DNA of 43,754 bases from a virus (Duplodnaviria > Caudoviricetes). The stretch covers positions 1-43,754 of the IMG/VR virus record IMGVR_UViG_3300037465_000092; one strand, written 5' to 3'. Made by a program: the position numbers and the translations under genes. Below the pieces are notes generated by a model. The model ran no database searches. It saw only the letters and a program-made list of their open reading frames with translations, and was not told where the DNA came from. This document shows positions 20,006-30,050 of the stretch, piece by piece (within the stretch, counting starts at the first letter, position 1; each line of letters opens with the position of its first letter).

Positions 20006-20733
20006 GAATAGTTGCTTATTATCCGTTACACTATGGCGCGGAATATTTAAACGCCTCTATAAAATCTATCGAGCCATTTGTAGATAAGATTCATATTCTT
20101 TACACAGAAAATCCGAGTTACGGATTTCATTCGGATATTAAATGCCCCGAAACAGAACAGCAGTTAAAGGATATTGTTTTTACTTCAACAAATAAAGCAA
20201 ATTGGCATAAGATAAAAGCAGGACATGAAGGGCAGCATAGAGATATAGCGTTTCAGTTTACAGATGGTTATGATTTGTTGTTAGCCTGTGATGCCGATGA
20301 GGTTTGGGAAGCACAATCCCTTGACTGGTGCTTGCAAAGTGCCATGAAAGGAGAAGCGTGGCGTTATAATATTCGAGGGTTTATTAATTTTTGGAAATCA
20401 TTCAACCATCATTGTATTGATTATTTTGCGCCCGCAAGAATATTTAATCTTCATCGTAATAATAAAAATGAAGATGTGTTGAATGGTATTGTTTATCATT
20501 TCAGTTGTGCGCAATCTAAAGCAATAATGGATTATAAATGGACAATACACGGACATAAAAATGAAATACACTCTGATTGGTTGAACAAAACATACTACCA
20601 ATGGAAAGAAGGCGACAAGTGGCTTCACCCTGCGAGTAAGACTGTTTGGGAAGAGGCATTACCATTTGATAAAAACACATTGCCGGAAATATTAAAACAA
20701 CATTCTAACTTTAACAAAAAAATAATTTCATGA
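20002..20733 (+). CDS. Glycosyltransferase (GT2-like)
   Basis: YLNASIKSI...VDKIHI, CDADEVW (DxD) and YHFS. Confidence 0.7.
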   Translation: MRIVAYYPLHYGAEYLNASIKSIEPFVDKIHILYTENPSYGFHSDIKCPETEQQLKDIVFTSTNKANWHKIKAGHEGQHRDIAFQFTDGYDLLLACDADEVWEAQSLDWCLQSAMKGEAWRYNIRGFINFWKSFNHHCIDYFAPARIFNLHRNNKNEDVLNGIVYHFSCAQSKAIMDYKWTIHGHKNEIHSDWLNKTYYQWKEGDKWLHPASKTVWEEALPFDKNTLPEILKQHSNFNKKIIS

Positions 20734-21287
20734 ACGCAGCAGTAATTGTAGAGACGAGAAATTTTGATATGCACCCAATAATATTAAGACATGGGAGGTA
20801 TTTGCCATCGGATTGGCAAATCATACATAAAAAACCTACTAAGATAAATAATTTATCTGATTATAACACTATAATGACATCTGTTGACTTCTGGAAGTCT
20901 CTTTTGCATTATAAAAGGGTACTTATATTTCAACACGATAGCGGCCTTTTGAGAAATGGGATTGAGGAGTTTATGGATTATGATTATGTTGGCGCACCGT
21001 GGACATTTCAATTAAGGGGTGGGAATGGGGGATTAAGTTTGCGTAATCCTTCCATAATGCTAAAAACGATAGAAACAATACAATATAATGAAGCAATACA
21101 TGGTAACGAAGATGTGTATTTTTCAAATCACATAGAACGTGTAGGGGGAAAGCTTGCCCCAAGACATGTTTGCTTCAGATTTTCATGTGAAACAATTTAC
21201 AGAGAAGGCACGCTTGGCTATCATGCTATTGACAAACATTTGCCTGCCGAACTTGTTAATAAAATTCTCACACAATATGAACGCTAA
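20730..21287 (+). CDS. DUF5672-like putative glycosyltransferase
   Basis: LIFQHD, YDYVGAPW, GNGGLSLR, NEDVYF and LGYH motifs. Confidence 0.75.
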   Translation: MNAAVIVETRNFDMHPIILRHGRYLPSDWQIIHKKPTKINNLSDYNTIMTSVDFWKSLLHYKRVLIFQHDSGLLRNGIEEFMDYDYVGAPWTFQLRGGNGGLSLRNPSIMLKTIETIQYNEAIHGNEDVYFSNHIERVGGKLAPRHVCFRFSCETIYREGTLGYHAIDKHLPAELVNKILTQYER

Positions 21288-21852
21288 CGATAAATATGAA
21301 TATTGGTGTCGAAGAACGACAGATATAAGTGAACATTTGCCTATTCTAAAAAGATATGCGGAAAAATGTTCGCATGTTACCGAGTTTGGTGTTCGCAATG
21401 TTGTATCTACATGGGCGTTTCTTGCAGCACAGCCAAAAACATTGAGAAGCTATGATATAGAATGGAATGATAATATTAATGAGGCGTATTATTTGAAAGG
21501 ACAAACTGATTTTAAATTTCAAACTGCTGACGTTTTAAAAATAGAAATAGAGCCGACAGAATTACTATTTGTAGATACATTACACATTTATTCACAATTA
21601 AAAAAAGAATTACAATTGCACGCTAATAAGGTCACTAAATATTTAATTTTCCACGATACCGTTACTTATGCGTTAAAGCCGGAGCCGCGAGAGTATATAA
21701 CGGGTGAAGCATTGTGTAATTATATAAATGGCGATAAGGGTATTTGGGCGGCTATTGATGAGTTTATGCAGCAGAATAACCAATGGAGACTGCACGAACA
21801 TTTATCTAATAATAACGGATTAACTATATTACGAAATATAAATAACACATGA
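21277..21852 (+). CDS. Class I SAM-dependent methyltransferase (Methyltransf_24-like)
   Basis: TEFGVR, LLFVDTLH and IFHDT motifs; ATG at 21277. Confidence 0.75.
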   Translation: MNANDKYEYWCRRTTDISEHLPILKRYAEKCSHVTEFGVRNVVSTWAFLAAQPKTLRSYDIEWNDNINEAYYLKGQTDFKFQTADVLKIEIEPTELLFVDTLHIYSQLKKELQLHANKVTKYLIFHDTVTYALKPEPREYITGEALCNYINGDKGIWAAIDEFMQQNNQWRLHEHLSNNNGLTILRNINNT

Positions 21853-22418
21853 CAGAATTAAGAGGAACGCCAGACAAGCATGAACAGGATTGTAACTGGG
21901 AATGGTTCACCGACTTTGCAGGAGTCGGCATGTGTCATAATTATTATGTTCACCATTTGATTTCAAAAGCTATTGATGCGATTGATGGAATAGAAATGAT
22001 TATAGAGCTTGGTACATATTGGGGTAGCATGAGTACCGTTCTTGCATTAGAGGGAATACGCAAACAAGTACCATTTCACACATTCGATATTGAAGAACAA
22101 AGGACACAAGAAACAATAGAGTTCCATAAAAGATTGGGTGTTAACTATCATCAATTAGATGTATTGAAAGAAAGAAAATTTATTATTGATTTGGTAAAGG
22201 ACAAAAAATGTCTTTTTATTTGTGATGCAGGTAATAAGCGGGATGAGTTTTCAGCTTTTGCACCATTCTTAAAATCCGGAAGTATTATCTGCGCTCATGA
22301 TTACACAACCGAATTTTTAGATGAGCATATAGACCCTGTTCGTTCTCTTTTAGAGCCATTTCTGCATAAAGATTGGAATAAACATAATTGTCAATTTGTA
22401 CTATGTCAAATCAAATAA
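21849..22418 (+). CDS. Class I SAM-dependent methyltransferase
   Basis: [13 protein letters not shown] and [11 protein letters not shown] motifs. Confidence 0.75.
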   Translation: MTELRGTPDKHEQDCNWEWFTDFAGVGMCHNYYVHHLISKAIDAIDGIEMIIELGTYWGSMSTVLALEGIRKQVPFHTFDIEEQRTQETIEFHKRLGVNYHQLDVLKERKFIIDLVKDKKCLFICDAGNKRDEFSAFAPFLKSGSIICAHDYTTEFLDEHIDPVRSLLEPFLHKDWNKHNCQFVLCQIK

Positions 22419-22876
22419 TACACGGCAGATATAGTTATGGCAACCCTCAATTAAGGGGTGATACTACAAAAGTATATACCGGCAACTTTACATCGGTATC
22501 TGATTTTGCTATTTTTGATTGCGGCTTTCAACACGATTATAAATGTGTATCTATGTTTGACTGGCGCAAATGGGGATGGACAGATTCAAAGCATTCAATA
22601 AGCAAAGGAGATATACATATAGGTTCTGATTGTTGGATAGGGGAACGCACAATTATAATGAGTGGGGTTACTATTGGTGATGGTGCTGTGGTGGGAGCAG
22701 GGGCGGTAGTCACAAAAGATGTACCACCGTTTGCTATTGTTGGAGGTGTTCCGGCAAAGATTATAAAATATAGATTCTCTGCCGAGAAAATTGCATTTTT
22801 ACTAAAAGAAAAATGGTGGGATTGGGATGATGAAAAAATTAAACAAAACAAAGATTTTATTTTGAGTTACTTATAA
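22403..22876 (+). CDS. Hexapeptide-repeat O-acetyltransferase (CatB/Vat-like fold)
   Basis: IGSDCWIG...[38 protein letters not shown]...WWDW. Confidence 0.85.
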   Translation: MSNQIIHGRYSYGNPQLRGDTTKVYTGNFTSVSDFAIFDCGFQHDYKCVSMFDWRKWGWTDSKHSISKGDIHIGSDCWIGERTIIMSGVTIGDGAVVGAGAVVTKDVPPFAIVGGVPAKIIKYRFSAEKIAFLLKEKWWDWDDEKIKQNKDFILSYL

Positions 22877-22886
22877 AAAAAATTTG

Positions 22887-22939
22887 TATTTTTGTATCAT
22901 CTCTCCTTAGTGCCTTTAGGACGGCAGTAAAATCCAAAG
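22887..22939 (+). promoter_or_regulatory. -7 promoter (TATTTTTG) plus TAGTGCCT...GGCA pseudoknot leader
   Basis: TGCC pairs with GGCA; TTT(A)GGA pairs with TCCAAA. Confidence 0.5.
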
Positions 22940-22996
22940 TGCTTATTGTTCAAAGCAAGGTGTAGAACAATATTTTTTATTTTAAAAAAAACAACT

Positions 22997-23554
22997 ATGT
23001 CACAAGTCTGTATAAATTACAATTGCCAAGACGAACTTGGAGCGCATTTGCTTAACAATTGTGGTTATGAAAGACAGGGTGGTGCATCGCAGGTAATATT
23101 TATAGAATGCGGTTCTACTCTTTCCACCATTTCTGCTTCAGCAATTAACTCTCTCGTAACGGCAGGTAATGCAACAATTGTCAAGAATATCAACATTTCT
23201 TACGATTATGCCTCGCCTGTTGAAGTAGAGGCTAATGTTCCATGTCAGCCATCACGAGTTGTAAACTATAATCGGGAAGGTACATTTATTGACAGAAACG
23301 TAAACTCATCAAACGTAAATTTTTATAATGATATTTTCAAGGGACGCAAGTTCGCAGGAATGTTAATATTTGAATGCGGAAACGAAGATGAGCCGAAAGT
23401 AAAATTTATTGATGCCGTTATTACAATAACAGGCTCTGACCGCCTTCCGAATAACAACAACGAATTTCAGGATTTCAAAGGCACGTTTAAATGGCAATCG
23501 CTCAATATGCCATCTATTCATGATAAACCTGTTGGCATTAATGGTATTGATTAA
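22997..23554 (+). CDS. Putative major tail (tube) protein
   Basis: 185 aa from ATG 22997, beta-rich, with its own promoter, leader and terminator. Function inferred from size and context only. Confidence 0.5.
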   Translation: MSQVCINYNCQDELGAHLLNNCGYERQGGASQVIFIECGSTLSTISASAINSLVTAGNATIVKNINISYDYASPVEVEANVPCQPSRVVNYNREGTFIDRNVNSSNVNFYNDIFKGRKFAGMLIFECGNEDEPKVKFIDAVITITGSDRLPNNNNEFQDFKGTFKWQSLNMPSIHDKPVGINGID

Positions 23555-23556
23555 AG

Positions 23557-23592
23557 ATAGGGAAGGGATAATCCTTCCCTATTATTTTTTTT
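23557..23592 (+). terminator. Rho-independent terminator
   Basis: ATAGGGAAGG-GATAAT-CCTTCCCTAT followed by a T-run. Confidence 0.85.
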
Positions 23593-23594
23593 GA

Positions 23595-24482
23595 ATGAAA
23601 ACAAGGGGAATAGTCATTTTAGCTTTCGGACGTATAGGCTATGCTTATGCAGCCTTTAATCTTTTTAGGAGTATAAGATTTCATAATACCAATGTCCCTA
23701 TTACAGTAATCCATGATGGCATGGTTCAATATAATCTTGCTGAATTTTCTGATTTTGAAAATACGATATTATTGCCTAATGATTTAATAATGCACAATGG
23801 TCGCATAGACCCTGCCAAAGTAAAGTTTGAGGTTTATGATTATCTGCCGTATTATGAAAATTTGATACTTGACGCAGACAATATATGTTTAAAAGACTTA
23901 GAGCCATTGTTATTAAAATTATCCGAGCGCAAAGAAGATTATCTGGTGCAATATGTGCATTGCGGGGGCAAGAATGACTCCATAGATTACACATGGGCGG
24001 ATAACGAAACCGTTTGGAATTTTTTTAATCTTAAAGATGACGCAAAAATATGTTCATTGCAAAGCTCCGTTCAATTTGTACGCAAATCTACAGCGAGCAA
24101 AAAGTTGTTTAAGGAATTTAAAAAATATTTCTATAAGGGATTTCCGCAAGATAAAATAAAACAATGGGGTGGCACAATGGCGGATGAGTTATTTATTTCA
24201 GGCGTTTTGGCAAAAACAGGTGGCAATTACAATATTGGGTTTAAGATAGATTTCTTAGGGCATAAATTTTGGGATATGACACTTGAAGAAATAGAACAAA
24301 AACATTACCTTCTGGCATTGTATGGAAACGGAATAGGCAAGAAGCTGACCAAAGATGTTTACATAGAGTGGGCAGATAGAATAATGCACTCCATACAAAG
24401 GTCATTTAATGCAGAACACCGATATAAAATGTTTTCGATAATGCGCGATAAACACGTTAACTTCACACCAAACAAACATTAA
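23595..24482 (+). CDS. Putative glycosyltransferase (GT8-like)
   Basis: GIVILAFG...Y, LFRSIR, LILDADNICL (DxD) and DELF. Confidence 0.65.
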   Translation: MKTRGIVILAFGRIGYAYAAFNLFRSIRFHNTNVPITVIHDGMVQYNLAEFSDFENTILLPNDLIMHNGRIDPAKVKFEVYDYLPYYENLILDADNICLKDLEPLLLKLSERKEDYLVQYVHCGGKNDSIDYTWADNETVWNFFNLKDDAKICSLQSSVQFVRKSTASKKLFKEFKKYFYKGFPQDKIKQWGGTMADELFISGVLAKTGGNYNIGFKIDFLGHKFWDMTLEEIEQKHYLLALYGNGIGKKLTKDVYIEWADRIMHSIQRSFNAEHRYKMFSIMRDKHVNFTPNKH

Positions 24483-24483
24483 T

Positions 24484-24609
24484 ATGAAAAAAGACAAAAA
24501 GAAAAAAACAAAACACGCAACAAATTGCGGAGGCAAAAAATGCGGAAGTGCGTTTGAATGGAAGATAATTGATTTAATTGAACATCCACAAATGAAGCTT
24601 GCTGCATAA
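24484..24609 (+). CDS. Small basic peptide (41 aa)
   Basis: MKKDKKKKTKHATNCGGKKCG...AA*; fills the gap and its stop overlaps the portal start. Confidence 0.4.
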   Translation: MKKDKKKKTKHATNCGGKKCGSAFEWKIIDLIEHPQMKLAA

Positions 24610-26513
24610 TGATGACACAAGAAGAAATACTGGCAATCACAGATTCCATTATACAGAAATGGAAACCTTTTGACCCAATAAACAAAAAGCCAAAAGCGTT
24701 TACTGATACCGGACAACTTAATATACCCGAATATTTCCCGAACTATCGGGAAATGGTAGAACAGTATGAAGCAATAAAAGTGCATTCTACAAACAATGTA
24801 TTCCCAGATAGATTATTTTTAAATGCAGCTCCCAATCAAACGGAAAAAGAGTTTGCTTATATGAAATCAATATATAAACAAACTACTCTTCCCGTATTTC
24901 TTGATTTAATGTCCACCCTTCAGCGTCCTTTAAACGATAAGAATTGGAGTATTAAATACAAAGAAGATTCGAGTAGTTATGTACAGGCAGAAAAAACACT
25001 TGAAAAATATGTTGAAACAGAAATAAAATATTATGGCGGGTTGGAGAATTATTTTAAAAATGTAGTTCCCGCTATTCAGACTATTGATGCCAATGGTGTT
25101 ATTGCTGTTAAGCCATGTCACATTCCCGTCATACAAAATGAAGAAGGTGAGGTTACAATGGACTCTCAGGAATTGATTGAACCCATACCATATTATTATC
25201 CTATCACAAAGTTAAGAGCATGGGAGGAGGGGCGATATTGTTTTGTAGAGCTTGATGAGAAGTCAGAGGTGGATTACGGAGGCTCAAAAAAGAAAATCGG
25301 CAAAATTTACGAGGCTTATGATGACACGAATATTTATCATATAAAGCAAAAGGGCAAGTATATTGACTTTGAATTTGAAATAATAATTTATTACTCTCAC
25401 GAATGGGGCAAAGTTCCTGTCATTAAAAATGGAGGCATACCTATAATAAAAGATTGTCATTTACTTTATCAAAGTCCATTTTTATTCGCAGTGCCATTAT
25501 TAGATAATGTAGCAATAAACAATACTTATTTACAAGTAAGTATAAATTCTTGCGTATATCCACACAAGGTAATGATTGGCTCTGTATGTTCGTTTGAAGA
25601 TAATAACGGGTCAAAATGTACCGATGGGCAGATATGGAATAAAGATTTAAAAGGTGGGGCTGGTGCTTTTTATACGTGTCCATCTTGCAATGGTGTTGGT
25701 CTGAAAGACCGCACTTCACGATTAGGTGTTTTGCTTCTTAACCCTGCAACACGTACCGATGACGGGGATTCAACATTTAAGCATAGTCCTTTGGAGTTTA
25801 TTTCGCCAGAAATAGATTCCTTACGATTTCTTGAAGAGAAGTGCGAAAAAGACTTACAAAAGGCAAGGCAAATATTACATTTACAAACCTCAAATAGTGA
25901 AGTAAAGGGTAGCGAAGATATGACAGCAACAGGAATGGTATTGGACTTAAAAAGTTTATATGCTTTTATACAGCCGCAAATTTATAATCTGTTCCGCAAG
26001 TGGGAGTTTGTTTTGGAGGCTATAGGTTATATGCGTTATGGCGATGACTTTCAGAAGCCTGTATTTAATTATCCACAGAACTTTGATTTTGTTACAGAAG
26101 AAGAAGTAATGGTACAATTGAGCAACGCTATAAAAGCTGGGTTACCGCCATTGTTGCTTCGTATATATATGGAAAGATTCTTAAGAGCAATGTATTTCAA
26201 CGAGCAGGAAACAGGCAAGATACTCGACTTAATTATTGCCACAGATAGATTGTTGCCGTTTAATAATGAAGATATATTGCTTAAACAAGCTAAAGGCACT
26301 ATCGAACAATGGGAGGTTATAATTCACGATTCAGCAATAGATTTTATTAGAGAGTTAATTGCAGAAGACTCAACATTTATGAGTTTAACGCTTGAAGAGC
26401 AGAAGAAAAAACTTGTAGATAAGTCAAAAGCCAAACTATTGTTGATGGAATCTGAGAGAAGAGCTAAGACAGAGGCGGTAATTGAAGATGTTGCAGGCGA
26501 AAAAGTGACATGA
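24609..26513 (+). CDS. Portal protein with a Cys-rich zinc-finger-like insertion
   Basis: 634 aa upstream of minor capsid, scaffold and capsid genes; C..CTDG...CPSCNGVG insertion. Confidence 0.7.
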   Translation: MMTQEEILAITDSIIQKWKPFDPINKKPKAFTDTGQLNIPEYFPNYREMVEQYEAIKVHSTNNVFPDRLFLNAAPNQTEKEFAYMKSIYKQTTLPVFLDLMSTLQRPLNDKNWSIKYKEDSSSYVQAEKTLEKYVETEIKYYGGLENYFKNVVPAIQTIDANGVIAVKPCHIPVIQNEEGEVTMDSQELIEPIPYYYPITKLRAWEEGRYCFVELDEKSEVDYGGSKKKIGKIYEAYDDTNIYHIKQKGKYIDFEFEIIIYYSHEWGKVPVIKNGGIPIIKDCHLLYQSPFLFAVPLLDNVAINNTYLQVSINSCVYPHKVMIGSVCSFEDNNGSKCTDGQIWNKDLKGGAGAFYTCPSCNGVGLKDRTSRLGVLLLNPATRTDDGDSTFKHSPLEFISPEIDSLRFLEEKCEKDLQKARQILHLQTSNSEVKGSEDMTATGMVLDLKSLYAFIQPQIYNLFRKWEFVLEAIGYMRYGDDFQKPVFNYPQNFDFVTEEEVMVQLSNAIKAGLPPLLLRIYMERFLRAMYFNEQETGKILDLIIATDRLLPFNNEDILLKQAKGTIEQWEVIIHDSAIDFIRELIAEDSTFMSLTLEEQKKKLVDKSKAKLLLMESERRAKTEAVIEDVAGEKVT

Positions 26514-27481
26514 CACTAAAAGAACTCATAGAAGAAAAGAACAAGCGTTTGGAAAGTGTGCCTGACGCTTTTTTTTCATCTGTTAAAAAAGCTGAACGGG
26601 ATATTTATTTGGATATATTAGAGAAGATAAATAAGCTCGAAACAAAAGACGGCAAGTTTATATTGAGCAAAAAAAATCTTCTCATAGTTGAGGAGATTAA
26701 TGATGAGTTAAAAGAGGTTGTTTTGGGTTCAGACTATTTGAAGGCTGTTAAACAATTCGCCTCTGAGTTTGACACACAGATGAAGGTTAACAACAAATAT
26801 TTTGTTAAGGCTTTTAAAGATTCATTTACACCAAGCGAGTTAGCAGAACAGATGATAAAGACATCAAAACGCAATGCAGTAGCATCATTAATAGGCGATG
26901 ATTTAAACTCCTTTCTTTCACCTTTAAAAGATATACTTGCCGAATCTATTAATGCAGGAAACTCATTTAAAGATACAGTAAAAGCAATACGGGAATTTGT
27001 AGAGGGGAATGAAGATGTTGATGGGCGGCTGTCTAATTATGCTAAACAAATAGCGGTAGATACATTCGCAATAAGTGACCGTGAATATACCGGAGTAATA
27101 TCCGATGAATTAGAATCGGAGTGGTTTGTTTGGAGTGGTGGCATTATAGAGCCTGTTTATTCTAAGTCCGGCAAACAGATTGGAGGTACACGCTGTTTCT
27201 GTTACGAGCGAAACGCAAAATATTATCACTACAAAGAAATAGAAGCATGGGGTGGGGGCGATGCAGGTGTTGGCGTGGAGAAAGATTGCGGATTCCCGTG
27301 GAGTGGGATGAATGAAAATACTAACGCACAAACTATTTGGAGTTATGCAGGAGGATATAATTGTCAACATTCAATCATGCCTGTATCTGTATTTAATGTG
27401 CCTAAAGATGTAATAGAAAGAAATCTGTCGAATGGCAATTTTAATCCCGATGATGCGTTAAGGGAGGCGTTGGGCTTTTAA
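26510..27481 (+). CDS. Minor capsid / head morphogenesis protein
   Basis: Follows the portal; TRCFC...GGYNCQH motif. Confidence 0.7.
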   Translation: MTLKELIEEKNKRLESVPDAFFSSVKKAERDIYLDILEKINKLETKDGKFILSKKNLLIVEEINDELKEVVLGSDYLKAVKQFASEFDTQMKVNNKYFVKAFKDSFTPSELAEQMIKTSKRNAVASLIGDDLNSFLSPLKDILAESINAGNSFKDTVKAIREFVEGNEDVDGRLSNYAKQIAVDTFAISDREYTGVISDELESEWFVWSGGIIEPVYSKSGKQIGGTRCFCYERNAKYYHYKEIEAWGGGDAGVGVEKDCGFPWSGMNENTNAQTIWSYAGGYNCQHSIMPVSVFNVPKDVIERNLSNGNFNPDDALREALGF

Positions 27482-27625
27482 TTCCCTTAATTCAGCGAGC
27501 AACTTATTAATTGCCCAAGATACATCTGTTTGGTGGGAAACTTCCGCCTGTTTCAATTTAACCATTTTTTTGTTTTCCGGACAAAGTATTATTTGATGTT
27601 TGGTGCATTCTTCTTTTTTCGCCAT
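27458..27625 (-). CDS. Small putative ribbon-helix-helix-type regulator (55 aa)
   Basis: MAKKEECTKHQIILCPENKKMVKLKQAEVSHQTDVSWAINKLLAELRELKAQRLP*, with its own minus-strand TAATTTTG element at 27651-27658. Confidence 0.55.
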   Translation of the reverse strand: MAKKEECTKHQIILCPENKKMVKLKQAEVSHQTDVSWAINKLLAELRELKAQRLP

Positions 27626-27650
27626 TGTTATAGATTATAATTGATTGTTA

Positions 27651-27698
27651 CAAAATTAGTAAACAATATTGAGATACAAAAATTTTTTTTTATATTTG
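27651..27698. promoter_or_regulatory. Divergent Bacteroidota -7 promoters
   Basis: TAATTTTG on the minus strand (27651-27658) and TATATTTG on the plus strand (27691-27698). Confidence 0.55.
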
Positions 27699-27702
27699 CA
27701 AT

Positions 27703-28029
27703 ATGGAAATAACGAATGGCAAAGTAACTCATATACGTTGCGTAAGATTATCAGACGGTCAACATCGCGACCTTGCGGTGGCGTTAGCCGAAAACGATGC
27801 TTTTTTAGAATATAACAACTGGAAAAGAGAAGACCCCGAATATGACGAATGGCTTCTTAAGAATAAGAATAAAAAAGTAACTATTGCCCCGCAGGTAATT
27901 AAAAAGGAAAATGTAAATAGCCCAATAGTAACAGAGCTAACTGATAAAGTAATACAGGTTGAACAACCGGAGGCGAAAGGTGACGAGCCTAAAAAACGTC
28001 AAAGAAAACAAAAAAAACAAAATGTCTGA
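27703..28029 (+). CDS. Hypothetical protein
   Basis: 108 aa with a basic C-terminus. Confidence 0.6.
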   Translation: MEITNGKVTHIRCVRLSDGQHRDLAVALAENDAFLEYNNWKREDPEYDEWLLKNKNKKVTIAPQVIKKENVNSPIVTELTDKVIQVEQPEAKGDEPKKRQRKQKKQNV

Positions 28030-28873
28030 CTTTAAAACATTGGTAGAGTATTTAGGCATGGATTCTGACAAGATTAAAACATTGGAAGACTTCAAGAAAG
28101 ACTTTGAGCCTAACTTTGTTCGTATAAACGCCATTCATGAAAGGAAAGATTTAATCGAACCTTTGATTAATGCTGCTTATGGGAAAAGATTAGGATTAAC
28201 CGAAGTAGCTTTAAAGAGGTTGGCAAAAGAATACTCTTTGGATTGGACGGCCGATGAGTTAAAAGACAAAAAGATTGAAGAAATGGCTGAGATATTTGTT
28301 ACCAAAGCTATCACTAATAGAAATAATTATGTAGAAGAGCTCGAAAAAAAGGTTAAGACAATGGGTGGTGATGCTATAAAAGAATGGGAGAATAAGCTTT
28401 TAAAAGCAGAACAAAAGTTGAAAGATGAAAGGGAGTTACTTAAAAAGACAGCCGATGACTTTGAAGCCTATAAAACAGAGGCTAATAATAAGATGAAAGC
28501 ATTTCAAATTGACTATTTGTCTAAAGATTATCAAAGCAAACTGAAACTTAAAAAAGATATTACCCCTATTGAAAGGGAGGGATTTAATGCTATTCTTAAT
28601 CAAAAATACATCAAAGACCTTGACGAAAACGGGGAACTGATTGTAAGAACAAAAGATGGCAAAAGAATACCAAATGAAAAGGTAGCCGGAACTTATAAAT
28701 CGTATGCTCAAATTTTAGAGGAGGAAGCAGTGGCGGCTAAACTTTATGAACTCAACCCTAATGCCAACAAGAGGTTTGAGTTTAATAATAATAACCAAAA
28801 TCAAAATAATAATAATAATAATAACAATAACCAAAGACCGATGAGAAGGCTTCACCCATCATTGGCAAAATAA
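28022..28873 (+). CDS. Capsid scaffolding protein
   Basis: Charged coiled-coil protein directly upstream of the capsid gene, with a poly-Asn C-terminal linker; ATG 28022. Confidence 0.7.
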   Translation: MSDFKTLVEYLGMDSDKIKTLEDFKKDFEPNFVRINAIHERKDLIEPLINAAYGKRLGLTEVALKRLAKEYSLDWTADELKDKKIEEMAEIFVTKAITNRNNYVEELEKKVKTMGGDAIKEWENKLLKAEQKLKDERELLKKTADDFEAYKTEANNKMKAFQIDYLSKDYQSKLKLKKDITPIEREGFNAILNQKYIKDLDENGELIVRTKDGKRIPNEKVAGTYKSYAQILEEEAVAAKLYELNPNANKRFEFNNNNQNQNNNNNNNNNQRPMRRLHPSLAK

Positions 28874-28916
28874 GAGAGATACCACCGTGTCACCGATGAC
28901 AATAATATCGGGTAAT

Positions 28917-28948
28917 TAGTGCCTCTATCGCTCAGGCAAGATTTGAGC
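28917..28948 (+). promoter_or_regulatory. TAGTGCCT...GGCA pseudoknot leader of the capsid gene
   Basis: TGCC pairs with GGCA and GCTCA pairs with TGAGC. Confidence 0.55.
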
Positions 28949-28979
28949 AAATACATCTAACACTAAAAACCTTTTTATT

Positions 28980-30041
28980 ATGTCATATTGTAATTTAAGT
29001 TCATTTAATCCGTGCGAGAATCTACAAGGGTATCTTGAGGATTATTTTCAAACTTGCGGAGCAGCAGAGCTTCGTGAGCCAACCCCATTTTTTGATTTTC
29101 TTACATCAGCAGAAAACAACATGGGGCTTCAGCAAATTGTTTCACCCGGTGGTGGCAAGGTGCGTAATGTAGTTCTTAAATATCAAAAAAGATATTTGGA
29201 GAGCGAAGTTGCCACTAACCAACCCAACCCCAACTGTACGAATACCAACGAGCCATTTGATTGTACACAGACATACACAATAGACACATATCGCACATTC
29301 CAGCACGGGTTTAAATGGAATATAAACGAAATGCGTGATGTTTGTCAGAACGACCGTATGCAATTTGCCAAAGAGATTCAGCGTAGTATTGATGTTGTAA
29401 TGCGTAAAATAGCAACACAAATAACTAACGATGCCGCTTTGTTAATCGGCAAATGGAATGACAATGTGCAAAATGTTACAGGACAAGACCGCTTAGATTT
29501 AGCAACGCTTAAATCAGTTGCATCTGGCGATATTAACCCTGTGCTTTATCAAACGCTTGACCTTGCTCTTATGCAAACAGGTTATTGCGCTCAAAGGGTT
29601 ATCTTTTCGGGTACAGATTTGTACTCTTATTTTAGGCAGAGTTCAGTAGCGGGTTGCTGCGCTAACGAAGGGATTGATATTAATGCTATCTGGAATAATT
29701 ACGGAATTGCTGTTTATTACGATAAGCGTGTTGCATCGGCAGCAGGCGGCAACAGCTTTGCTTGGGTAACGCAGCCCGGAGCACTTGCTCTTTTAACATA
29801 TAACCAATTTGATGGCGAATATGTTTATGGCGGCAACGGCACTAACTACGAACACATGCTGATTCGAGACCCAAAGACCGCATTCCCTCTTGACTTGACT
29901 ATTTCTGATAATTGCGGGGTAATTTCTGTAAACATCACAGGAACGCCTAAAGTTGTTGGATTGCCTAATGACCTTTACGCTGTAGGCGATGAGCAAGAAG
30001 GAGTTAATTACTTTAACAAGATAAAAGTAGTTAATTCATAA
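28980..30041 (+). CDS. Major capsid protein
   Basis: 353 aa after the scaffold gene and followed by a terminator. Confidence 0.75.
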   Translation: MSYCNLSSFNPCENLQGYLEDYFQTCGAAELREPTPFFDFLTSAENNMGLQQIVSPGGGKVRNVVLKYQKRYLESEVATNQPNPNCTNTNEPFDCTQTYTIDTYRTFQHGFKWNINEMRDVCQNDRMQFAKEIQRSIDVVMRKIATQITNDAALLIGKWNDNVQNVTGQDRLDLATLKSVASGDINPVLYQTLDLALMQTGYCAQRVIFSGTDLYSYFRQSSVAGCCANEGIDINAIWNNYGIAVYYDKRVASAAGGNSFAWVTQPGALALLTYNQFDGEYVYGGNGTNYEHMLIRDPKTAFPLDLTISDNCGVISVNITGTPKVVGLPNDLYAVGDEQEGVNYFNKIKVVNS

Positions 30042-30050
30042 TATAAAATC

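Noticed and set aside
22403-22876. CatB/Vat-like gene as antibiotic resistance
   Set aside because: Sugar O-acetyltransferases share the hexapeptide fold, and the gene sits in a glycosylation cluster.
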